In this document: one piece after another, positions 39,758 to 49,400 of the stretch | Layout: each line of letters starts with the position of its first letter | Position numbering within the stretch: the stretch's first letter is position 1 | Assembly: GCA_950097015.1 (NCBI GenBank) | Contig: CATNEN010000008.1 | Location: forward strand, 1,860,001 to 1,924,000 | Direction of reading: 5' to 3' | Length of the DNA: 64,000 bases | Origin: Macrostomum hystrix | Taxonomy: Eukaryota; Animalia; Platyhelminthes | Position numbers and translations under genes: made by a program | The notes under the pieces: generated by a model | The model's database searches: none | Told to the model about the DNA's origin: nothing | Seen by the model: only the letters and a program-made list of their open reading frames with translations

Positions 39758-42700
39758 TTACTGCTGGCGGATCGAAAGCTTTGACACGGCTAGCCTAGGC
39801 GAGGCCTCAGCAATAAAAGGCGGCATAATGTACAGCTTCCAGTTGTCCGCCTCGCGCATCTGAACAAGGCAGCCCAAATCTAGCAGCAAGAACAGCGGTG
39901 TCAGGCCCTGATCGCTGACCAGCTGCACTCGATAGACTTCCAAATTGTAGCGACCTGCGCCAGTGCGAACACTCAGAAGGCAAGACCAGCCGGCTGACAA
40001 TTTACTGAGTTTCGATTCTCTAGCCAGGCCCATTCTAATTAGACGCAGCATTTGTCGGCGCAGATTCATGTAGGCCAGACCAAACGAATCGGCGTTCGGA
40101 TGAAGGAATCCTTCGGCGCCAGCCGGAGTCGACGATTTGTTATCGATGCACAACGGCGGATTGACCACATGGACCTGGACGCAGCGGCCAATGTTGATAT
40201 TAAACTCCAATAGCCGCTCCTTATTGTAGAAAATGCGAATCGGCCGGCTAATGGCCTGCAGAGCGGCTGGATGAATGGCCACGCGAGGCAGCTTGCCGCT
40301 GTTTGGATGACAACTACGCCGGAAACGTATTGTGGGCGATAGAGTTAAACGAAGCCGTGCGTCGGGCAGACTAAATTCACGGCCGGGCCGACAGTCGAGC
40401 AGGCAGGTCAGGCTGGCGGCCGGAGCGAGCGCGGCCTGGCATGCGCTAAGGGCGGCAGGCACACAGAGACAAGCGTCAAGTGGTCGGCAGCATATAACGC
40501 CAACGTCAACCAAAAGTAGACGCACTAAAGCGCTGGGATTGGCGGTCTCGGGTTTCCATGGAAGCACTTGTGCGCGACGCCAAGGTCCAACATCCGCCGG
40601 ATCGCGAACAAGGCAGAGGGCACCAGGGCGCAGGGTGGTGGCCAACTGGTTGGAGACTTCGCTGGCTCGAACAAAGTGCACATTGCAATTGTTGCCTTCT
40701 TTTTTCTGTTTATATGAATCAAGAATAGACGCTTCCACGGCGGCTTCTTTCATTTTAATCAGACATTCGGGCCCCGCCTTATCAAAAATTTCCAAGCTCA
40801 TCTCCTGCTCTACATACTCCACGCATTCAGTGTCTTCTTCGGTTTTGAGCTGGTCATTGGCAACCTCTGCCGCTTCGATTCTATCAATATCTGCTTCGCT
40901 CTCAGCTTCGATAGCTTCTGATTGAGCATCTTCTTGAGCCTCTGCCAGCTCGATAGGCACACCATTTTCAACCTCGATTGCTTCAGGTAGAGCTTCTTCG
41001 GTTTCGAGCTGGGCGTTGGCATCATCTGCAGCTTCGATTCTATCAATATCTGCATCGCTCTCAGCTTCGATAACTTCTGATTGAGCATCTTCTTGAGCCT
41101 CTGCCAGCTCGATAGGCACACCATTTTCAACCTCGATTGCTTCAGGTAGAGCTTCTTCGGTTTCGAGCTGGGCGTTGGCATCCTCTGCCGCTTCGATTCT
41201 ATCAATATCTGCTTCGCTCTCAGCTTCGATAGCTTCTGATTGAGCATCTACTTGAGCCTCTGCCAGCTCGATAGACGCACCAAGTTCGGCCTCGATTGCT
41301 TCAGGTAGAGCTTCTTCGGTTTCGAGTTGGTCGTTGGCATCCTCTGCCGCTTCGATTCTATCAATATCTGCTTCGCTCTCAGCTTCGATAGCTTCTGATT
41401 GAGCATCTACTTGAGCCTCTGCCAGCTCGATAGACGCACCAAGTTCGGCCTCGATTGCTTCAGGTAGAGCTTCTTCGGTTTCGAGTTGGTCGTTGGCATC
41501 CTCTGCAGCTTCGATTCCATCAGTATCTGCTTCGCTCTCAGCTTCGATAGCTTCTGATTGAGCATCTTCTTGGGCCTCTGCCAGCTCGATAGACGCACCA
41601 AGTTCAGCCTCGATTGCTTCAGGTAGAGCTTCTTCGGTTTCGAGCTGGTCGTTGGCATCCTCTGCCGCTTCGATTCTATCAATATCTGCTTCGCTCTCAG
41701 CTTCGATCGCTTCTGATTGAGCATCTTCTAGGGCCTCTGCCAGCTCGATAGACGCACCAAGTTCAGCCTCGATTGCTTCAGGTAGAGCTTCTTCGGTTTC
41801 GAGCTGGTCGTTGGCATCCTCTGCCGCTTCGATTCTATCAATATCTGCATCGCTCTCAGCTTCGATAGCTTCTGATTGAGCATCTTCTAGGGCATCTGCC
41901 AACTCGATAGGCACACCATTTTCAACCTCGATTGCTTCAGGTAGAGCTTCTTCGGTTTCGAGCTGGTCGTTGGCATCCTCTGCCGCTTCGATTCTATAAA
42001 TATCTGCTTCGCTCTCAGCTTCGATAGCTTCTGATTGAGCATCTTCTTGGGCCTCTGCCAGCTCGATAGACGCACCAAGTTCGGCCTCGATTGCTTCAGG
42101 TAGAGCTTCTTCGGTTTCGAGTTGGTCGTTGGCATCCTCTGCCGCTTCGATTCTATCAGTATCTGCTTCGCTCTCAGCTTCGATAGCTTCTGATTGAGCA
42201 TCTACTTGAGCCTCTGCCAGCTCGATAGACGCACCAAGTTCGGCCTCGATTGCTTCAGGTAGAGCTTCTTCGGTTTCGAGCTGGGCGTTGGCATCCTCTG
42301 CAGCTTCGATTCCATCAGTATCTGCTTCGCTCTCAGCTTCGATAGCTTCTGATTGAGCATCTTCTAGGGCCTCTGCCAGCTCGATAGACGCACCAAGTTC
42401 AGCCTCGATTGCTTCAGGTAGAGCTTCTTCGGTTTCGAGCTGGTCGTTGGCATCCTCTGCTGCTTCGATTCTATCAATATCTGCTTCGCTCTCAGCTTCG
42501 ATCGCTTCTGATTGAGCATCTTCTAGGGCCTCTGCCAGCTCGATAGACGCACCAAGTTCAGCCTCGATTGCTTCAGGTAGAGCTTCTTCGGTTTCGAGCT
42601 GGTCGTTGGCATCCTCTGCCGCTTCGATTCTATCAATATCTGCATCGCTCTCAGCTTCGATAGCTTCTGATTGAGCATCTTCTTGAGCCTCTGCCAGCTC

Positions 42701-45700
42701 GATAGGCACACCATTTTCAACCTCGATTGCTTCAGGTAGAGCTTCTTCGGTTTCGAGCTGGGCGTTGGCATCCTCTGCAGCTTCGCTTCCATCAATATCT
42801 GCTTCGCTCTCAGCTTCGATAGCTTCTAATTGAGCATCTTCTAGGGCCTCTGCCAACTCGATAGACGCACCATTTTCAACCTCGATTGCTTCAGGTAGAG
42901 CTTCTTCGGTTTCGAGCTGGTCGTTGGCATCCTCTGCCGCTTCGATTCTATCAATATCTGCATCGCTCTCAGCTTCGATAGCTTCTGATTGAGCATCTTC
43001 TTGAGCCTCTGCCAACTCGATAGGCGCACCATTTTCAACCTCGATTGCTTCAGGCAGAGCTTCTTCGGTTTCGAGCTGGTCGTTGGCATCCTCTGCCGCT
43101 TCGATTCTATCAATATCTGCTTCGCTCTCAGCTTCGATAGCTTCTAATTGAGCATCTTCTTGAGCCTCTGCCAGCTCGATAGACGCACCAAGTTCGGCCT
43201 CGATTGCTTCAGGTAGAGCTTCTTCGGTTTCGAGCTGGTCGTTGGCATCCTCTGCCGCTTCGATCGCTTCTGCTTGAGCCTCTGTCAGCTCGATAGGCGA
43301 ATTATTTTCAGCCTCCATTTTTTCGGCTAAAGCTTCTTCTTCGGCTTCCAGTTCTTCTAGGACCGCTTCATCAAGAGTTTCCACGCTAATTTCCTGTTCT
43401 GCTTCGGCTTCGACTTCCTCTGTCGCCTCAGTTTCTGCTTCGCTATTTCCCTCGGCCTCTTCTGCCTGAGCCTCTTCCAAGGCCTCCGCCTCGGCTAACG
43501 TAGCTTCGAAATTAGCTAACTCAATGGCTTCTGCCTTTGTGACAGCCGCCGCGAAGGCTTCGCCCAGGCAATCAGCCTGGTGAGCACGTGAAAATGGTAG
43601 CAGACTGAGCAGCAGGCAAGACACATTGCTCACATTGTTACATCGACATGAGCTGGTTGGCAGCAATTCCACAACTGTCTGCACACGGGCCGCAAAACAG
43701 TTCGGACCTTCCGGGTAAAGTTTTGCGTCGCTATCGAATGGCGGCAAATCGCCAGCGGGCACAGCTGTTGGTACATAATCGGCTAATAAGCTAGCGTTCA
43801 CTTCGTCTAGATCTTTACGAATCGCACTACTGCTGACTTGGGCCGGTTTGGCAAGGCTTATGCCGCCGCCGCATTTAGTCAACGAAAGTAGCGGAATTAC
43901 TGATTTAACACCCTCAGGAAGCTGATAGAGTTGAATGGTAGAATTAATACGTGCGCCAAAAGCTGGCACTTCTTTAGAAATCACCACCGAGAAAGCAAAC
44001 TGCGGACCTAGCCGATTCATCAAAGCCTCTGAAGCAGACTGGTCATGGTACAGCGCAACGAGACCGTGCAGCCAACATTTGTAAGCTAACGGCGGAGCTA
44101 AACTTACTAGCTGCAAAGGTGCAGACCGCATTAGCGAAGTCGGCGTGGCAACAGTATGGCCGCAATCGACCAGGCGAACCAGCCAGTGCTGCCCACTGAT
44201 CAGGCGCTGGAGCACAGAGCCGCGACACCAAGCGCCATCGTGCCAGGCTAAGCAGGCCTGGCCTATATGGTAGTCCTCAAATGAAGCAACGCTCTGACTT
44301 GTTGGCGGTGGAAATGCTGCCAATTGTTTCGCTATTGTGACAGCTAGCTCACTATCAACCTGCAGCAGTATGTACAAGCGGGGCAGTTTGTCGCATCGCA
44401 GCAGCCGACAGACAGATGGCGACGTGGAGGAGAATGAAGAAGCTCGTACTATCAGTGGAATCTGGACAGCATAGCGGGCGGATGAAGCACAAGCCGGGGG
44501 CATCGCCGAACTGCCAGATTGCGACAGACTAACTGACCACGGCGGCGGCTCGGAGTCAAGACGCTTGAACAACAATCTTTGACCAACCAAAGACAGCGGA
44601 TTAAGGATGCCATCAGGGTGGCAAGGAACAGAGCAGGCTGGAACCGTGAAGAATTCTGGACAGGCCGAGAATAGCGGAGGCGGAAATGCTTCCTCTAGGG
44701 GCAGCCGATTAATCGTCCTACCGGAGTCGACATGCACAACTGTTATGTAGCCGGAACCATTTTCATTGGCTGATTTGACGATGCAACGCGAGTAGCTGAA
44801 AGTGTCGGGCGCTGTGGGAAGACGCCGACGGTACAGGCAGATCTGGCCTCGGAACAATCTGCGTCTGTAGGCGACCAGTGAGGCACCCAGGTCAAGCGGA
44901 ATCGGCTCATTGTAGAGAGCATTGAGCTGATCCTGGAGTTGGGCGCTTTTAGCAGCGCAGTGCGACAGACGCAGCCAACAAGAGTCGTCGGTAGAGATGT
45001 ACAATTTGCACAACATTTCATCAGTAATGTCCGGCCAAGGCACAATAGCCTGGTCGTAGATATTGTTCGAGGCGGCTAATAGCCTGGTTGTAAAGTTGCA
45101 GTAAACTGGCCAGCAGCGGAGCAGAGCGAGCAGGTCGCAGCCGGTGTCAAGAATGCTGATGCCAGTCACACTCTGGCTAGATGGCGAATCGATCGCGACC
45201 GCAGTGTCAACAGGCTCGGCAACGCGGAATCCGTGGAGGCGTAGACGCATTAAGGCTCGACCTGACCCGTTGGTGCCGGCTTTCAAAGCCTCGGCCAGCT
45301 CCGGCGGACAGGGCGGAATGCAGACCAGACGGTAGGCGAGTCGAGGCACTGAAGCTAGCCAATCAGGCAGGGGCAGCAAGGTGTCAGGCTTCTGGCGCGT
45401 GAAGCCATCATCGATGCAAAAAACCTTATCGTTATTGATTGACAAGCACCTGGCTACAAAGTAGTTGCTGGAATCAGAATGTTTCGGCTGTTGCTTGGCA
45501 GCGTGCCAGACACCGCAGGCCAAAAGGCCAGGCGGTGGCGTTGTCCTGATGGCATTAGACGACTTAGCATCGGCTAAATAGTTGCGCAATGTCTCGTCAA
45601 GAATGTCGCGCACCAGCTGCTGAACCTCAATGTTGGATTGCAGCGTCACAAGCAAATATCCGGCCGAGTCGATGCACACCAGATCAGCATCGGAGTCAAT

Positions 45701-45778
45701 TGGTGGTGCAAGCATCTGATGCTTTGCTGGAGTCGGCGACTTTACAAAGGAACTAATTGAAGGTAGACAAGGTGTCAT
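39758..45778 (-). CDS. Multi-Tudor-domain protein (TDRD/Tudor type), ~2006 aa from first ATG; frame open to 45910
   Basis: 6.15-kb stop-free frame with Tudor-like cores GQICLY..VVHVDSG, GQACLAWHDGAWCRG..VRLVDCG, GALCLV..PWRRAQV..LLVDVG, GWSCLL..YRVQL..LLLDLG; TTTTCAG acceptor at 45876-45875 in frame, so an upstream exon or spliced leader is possible. Confidence 0.85.
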   Translation of the reverse strand: MTPCLPSISSFVKSPTPAKHQMLAPPIDSDADLVCIDSAGYLLVTLQSNIEVQQLVRDILDETLRNYLADAKSSNAIRTTPPPGLLACGVWHAAKQQPKHSDSSNYFVARCLSINNDKVFCIDDGFTRQKPDTLLPLPDWLASVPRLAYRLVCIPPCPPELAEALKAGTNGSGRALMRLRLHGFRVAEPVDTAVAIDSPSSQSVTGISILDTGCDLLALLRCWPVYCNFTTRLLAASNNIYDQAIVPWPDITDEMLCKLYISTDDSCWLRLSHCAAKSAQLQDQLNALYNEPIPLDLGASLVAYRRRLFRGQICLYRRRLPTAPDTFSYSRCIVKSANENGSGYITVVHVDSGRTINRLPLEEAFPPPLFSACPEFFTVPACSVPCHPDGILNPLSLVGQRLLFKRLDSEPPPWSVSLSQSGSSAMPPACASSARYAVQIPLIVRASSFSSTSPSVCRLLRCDKLPRLYILLQVDSELAVTIAKQLAAFPPPTSQSVASFEDYHIGQACLAWHDGAWCRGSVLQRLISGQHWLVRLVDCGHTVATPTSLMRSAPLQLVSLAPPLAYKCWLHGLVALYHDQSASEALMNRLGPQFAFSVVISKEVPAFGARINSTIQLYQLPEGVKSVIPLLSLTKCGGGISLAKPAQVSSSAIRKDLDEVNASLLADYVPTAVPAGDLPPFDSDAKLYPEGPNCFAARVQTVVELLPTSSCRCNNVSNVSCLLLSLLPFSRAHQADCLGEAFAAAVTKAEAIELANFEATLAEAEALEEAQAEEAEGNSEAETEATEEVEAEAEQEISVETLDEAVLEELEAEEEALAEKMEAENNSPIELTEAQAEAIEAAEDANDQLETEEALPEAIEAELGASIELAEAQEDAQLEAIEAESEADIDRIEAAEDANDQLETEEALPEAIEVENGAPIELAEAQEDAQSEAIEAESDADIDRIEAAEDANDQLETEEALPEAIEVENGASIELAEALEDAQLEAIEAESEADIDGSEAAEDANAQLETEEALPEAIEVENGVPIELAEAQEDAQSEAIEAESDADIDRIEAAEDANDQLETEEALPEAIEAELGASIELAEALEDAQSEAIEAESEADIDRIEAAEDANDQLETEEALPEAIEAELGASIELAEALEDAQSEAIEAESEADTDGIEAAEDANAQLETEEALPEAIEAELGASIELAEAQVDAQSEAIEAESEADTDRIEAAEDANDQLETEEALPEAIEAELGASIELAEAQEDAQSEAIEAESEADIYRIEAAEDANDQLETEEALPEAIEVENGVPIELADALEDAQSEAIEAESDADIDRIEAAEDANDQLETEEALPEAIEAELGASIELAEALEDAQSEAIEAESEADIDRIEAAEDANDQLETEEALPEAIEAELGASIELAEAQEDAQSEAIEAESEADTDGIEAAEDANDQLETEEALPEAIEAELGASIELAEAQVDAQSEAIEAESEADIDRIEAAEDANDQLETEEALPEAIEAELGASIELAEAQVDAQSEAIEAESEADIDRIEAAEDANAQLETEEALPEAIEVENGVPIELAEAQEDAQSEVIEAESDADIDRIEAADDANAQLETEEALPEAIEVENGVPIELAEAQEDAQSEAIEAESEADIDRIEAAEVANDQLKTEEDTECVEYVEQEMSLEIFDKAGPECLIKMKEAAVEASILDSYKQKKEGNNCNVHFVRASEVSNQLATTLRPGALCLVRDPADVGPWRRAQVLPWKPETANPSALVRLLLVDVGVICCRPLDACLCVPAALSACQAALAPAASLTCLLDCRPGREFSLPDARLRLTLSPTIRFRRSCHPNSGKLPRVAIHPAALQAISRPIRIFYNKERLLEFNINIGRCVQVHVVNPPLCIDNKSSTPAGAEGFLHPNADSFGLAYMNLRRQMLRLIRMGLARESKLSKLSAGWSCLLSVRTGAGRYNLEVYRVQLVSDQGLTPLFLLLDLGCLVQMREADNWKLYIMPPFIAEASPRLAVSKLSIRQQ
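40850..43270 (-). repeat. Coding 159-bp (53-aa) acidic tandem repeat, ~15 copies
   Basis: Unit AIEAESEADIDRIEAAEDANDQLETEEALPEAIEAELGASIELAEAQEDAQSE counted 15 times; frame preserved throughout. Confidence 0.95.
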
Positions 45779-46023
45779 TGTTTGAAATGATTGTTTGCTC
45801 AACAGCTGCGCTGTGGTGCGACGTTTGCCACGTCCACGAACGCTTGATGCTGCAGCCTCTGAACAGATTGACGACTGAAAATCAACAGTATGTAGCAGTT
45901 TAGTTTTCAAAAAATTGTCTTTGTTATTTTTAAAGTCAAAATAAAAAAGAACTAAAAATTCTTTATTTAAAGATACATCATATTATGCAACTCTTCTGGG
46001 ATTAATGATAATCATCACTGGTT

Positions 46024-46238
46024 AGCAGCCAACAGACTGATGGCAACAAGGAGGAGAATGAAGAAGCTCATGCTATCAGTGGAATCTGGACAACATAGCT
46101 AGCAGATGAAGTACAAGTCGGGGGCATTGACAAACTGTCAAATTGCAACAGACTAACTCACCACAGTAGTGGCTCAGAAACAGGGTCAAGACATTTTGAC
46201 AAAACTTTCTGACCAACTAAAGACAGCAGATTAATGAT
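46024..46238 (-). pseudogene. Decayed ~210-bp duplicate of Tudor CDS 44400-44608
   Basis: Colinear same-orientation match with 15 of 16 CpGs lost. Confidence 0.85.
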
Positions 46239-48535
46239 AAATGTGACTGACATAAACTCACTGTTTTAAGAAGAAAACAAAGAATGTTTGTTTTTTACCC
46301 TTTTCTTTTTGTCAGAGACTATCAGTATCAGAGCCTGAAACATGAGTTCTAAAATGAAACTAATGATTAATGAAGCTATTGAAATTAAAAAAGTACAAAG
46401 ACCTTTAATGCTAATTTTATTAGCATAATATAACTGGTTTAAAACCAACAATTTTATTCAATAATCTATACATGTTGATATCAAGGACCACTAGAAGTAG
46501 AAGGACGGGACACTTCGTTTCTTAGAAAATTTATTAAAGGCTGATTTTTACGGAAAAATACACTAGCGAGATAGGAACTTTTCACTTTTTTCAACTTAAA
46601 TCGTTGATAACTTTTTATTGGAAGCAGATACAAAGCTCTTCTTTTGATATAACTTACAAAATATGTTGCTTCGACGAATTTTATAAAGATTTTTTCATGA
46701 ATAATTGATCTTCATATTATTTTAGTTACTATATCATGCAGCAATCATAGTATGAAGCTAACCAGTGACTAACTTGAATTTTACAATCTCTGTTTAATCG
46801 AATGCATCTATTTATTAGCAATATATGATTAAAAAATAGCTGGTTATATTGTATGCCCAACTCACTGCTTCTTTATTTTATTTTTATACTTTCTATATAA
46901 AATAAATTTAAATATATAGCTACCTATATTACATATAGGCCTACTAGCTATGCCTAGACCTAGTTATATGTTTATCAATAATCAAGACAGTATCTATCTT
47001 GTTAAGAATTGACAGTTTTTATACTTAATGAAATGTGTGAATCTAAGCAAATGATTTAATTTTAAACCAAGCTTGTTCTTTCTTGTTTTTAGACTTTAGC
47101 TTATTTTAGCTATATTGACATTATCTTTACACTGGCTAGTTTTTCCAGTATTTATTAAACAATGATAGTTATTTGCTCTGATTTTATCAAGACGTTCTTA
47201 TTTTTTTTCTATTTTTTTATGTAAACAATTGCATTGTTAACTGAAGGGTTTTTTTATTTGTAGTGAAATTGTTTATTTCCTATTCGTATTATTTTTTTCT
47301 TTGGGTTCGGGGTTTGCACATGGCTAGCTATTATGTCATGAACTCATCCAATATTATATTTTAGCCATCTATTTGCCTATCTACTATAATTTTACATTTC
47401 TTCTTTTTTAACAAGTATAGTATTTTTATTGCTAATATTAGCTTGACTTGGCTGTTTTGATGAATTTGATTTTCTCTAAATTAATCACTTAATTCCAATT
47501 GAAATTAACAGTCCAGAAGTTGTAAGTAGGCCTATTGTATTTTTTGTCTATTGGGGCAAAATTATTGCCTAAAAATATAAGTAATAGCACTTCCACAGTC
47601 TATGCTTGTAAGCTTTAAATTTTCAACATTGAAACATTTAATTAAAAAATACAAAACTATATTTTTACTGGTTCCTTATCACATTTTAGCTATAATAAAG
47701 TTTTGCTTGCACTGACACTAGTACTCAGAGCTTTTGCTATTATTTTTATGCCTATTAAGATCTTCAAGGTTGATATGGCCCAGGTAAGCTATCTGGCTCT
47801 CATTCAGTGGTAGACTAATTCTGCTATGTATTAGTGTGTAATGTAAGAATATTTTTGGTAATATTATTTATTGTATTTATTATAGTAAGAAATTGTAAAA
47901 TGTTCTTGCTATTGTGGCTCTAGTATGTGTTTTTTCCTTTTTTTGCCATTGCAGGGAAAGTCCATGCCTTTCTGCTTTGTGCCAACACTACTGCCCCAGT
48001 TCTACCTACCTGTGGTGGAGCCCCAGCCAGTCAGAGAACAACCTGGTGGAGCTTCTGGGCTACCTATTTGAGAGCCTAGCCTGGAGCCTAAGGACCTTGT
48101 TCATGTTTACTGCATTTTCAACCAAGTGCTGTAGTCACCAGCTAGACAACCCCATCCAGTCAGTCTAATCACCATGTGATTGATGCCCCTTGCAAGGTAG
48201 TAAGCTTCTGACTGTCCTCATGGACATACAAAGACATTATGTAGACAAAGATAGGACTTCATGTCTATATAATTTAAGATTATATAGATATTATTTTTGT
48301 CTCAATTGTGAAAATTGCCTTGAATTTGAAGAATCATTTGTTATAAAGAACAATTTAAATCCATTTATTCTACTTCAGTTGATTTCGAGATTTCTTTTAC
48401 ATTTTTCTGATTATTGTGTATTGAAATGAGTTTCTTTTCTCAATAGTGCACGTGCCATGAGATGTCAAATGAAGAACAATAAATGGAAGTAGTTGCAGCT
48501 TTTTATATCTTTGTATATGAGCTCATAGTATACAC

Positions 48536-48619
48536 AACAACAACAACAACAACAAAATACACAAGCCCCAAACGTCAGGGGGCGGCGTCAAATGATGCGC
48601 CGCAGAGCCAGCACGCGAA
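48536..48619 (-). mobile_element. 84-bp 5'-truncated non-LTR retroelement 3' end with (TTG)n tail
   Basis: 12-bp TSD CATAGTATACAC at 48524-48535 and 48620-48631; absent from the homologous site in E2 (~52607-52630); ends RVLALRRII*-UTR-TGTATTTT(GTT)n. Confidence 0.8.
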
Positions 48620-48724
48620 CATAGTATACACGTTTTACTTATGACTTCAATGTGTTCAATTAGTGCTGACCTTTCGTTTTTCATCGTTTTTTATTGTCAA
48701 GATGCCTATGAAGTGTTGTGTGCC

Positions 48725-49400
48725 ACAATAACAACAACAACAACAAAATACACTGTCAGGTAAAAAAAGCAGTGTCACAGTGCATGCTTCAGAGCCTGGG
48801 TGCGAACAAACACTGCACTGCCAGCAGTGTCTGGGGCACTAGCAAAGGCCAGCAGGCAGTCAACGAAACCTGTTCTGCTCAGGTTGCAGGTAGGGATCCA
48901 ACATGGGTTGCAACCGCAGTAGCAGCATTTGGTTGAACAACTTTGCAGCACAGGATTGCAGGCAGATGCCTCGATACTTGTATAGCCGTGTAGTGCCCGG
49001 CTTCTTTGATATGGCAATGATGTTCATCATGGTCCACTTGGTTCATCACACAGGCAACCTCACTGGCCACACAGTGAATATGCAGCACCTTGATGGACAC
49101 TTTGTCCAGACACAATGCTTTGCTGTCCGGCTTCTTCTAGGCAAGCATCATGACTTCAGCCATGGCGAATGGTCCAATGTTAAAACTGTCCTTTGACCGC
49201 AACTGCATCTCTGGTGGCAGTGTCAGGATGTTTGGCATTGGTGGCAGCGCATTGACTATGACGGCAAAGAACTCACGTAGCTTGTTACTGTGCTCATCCA
49301 CAGTGCCGCCTGCCAGATTCAGTTGGATGTGCCACTTTTGCCCTGTCAGAGCATTAATGGCAGACCAGGCCACATGCCATCTGGAATCACGCACCACAAT
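48725..49400 (-). pseudogene. Internally deleted non-LTR (RTE-like) reverse transcriptase fragment inside E1
   Basis: Frameshifted IIAISKKPG...YRGICLQSCAAKLFNQMLL.RLQP.LDPYLQPEQNRFR (RT N-terminal region) joined to the ORF end (ALKHAL*) and a TGTATTTT(GTT)n tail. Confidence 0.8.

Noticed and set aside
40332-45402. Shadow and antisense ORFs overlapping the Tudor CDS
   Set aside because: Alternative frames of GC-rich or repeated coding sequence with no independent motifs; the same applies to ORFs overlapping IDO, INSM1 and 13076-13663
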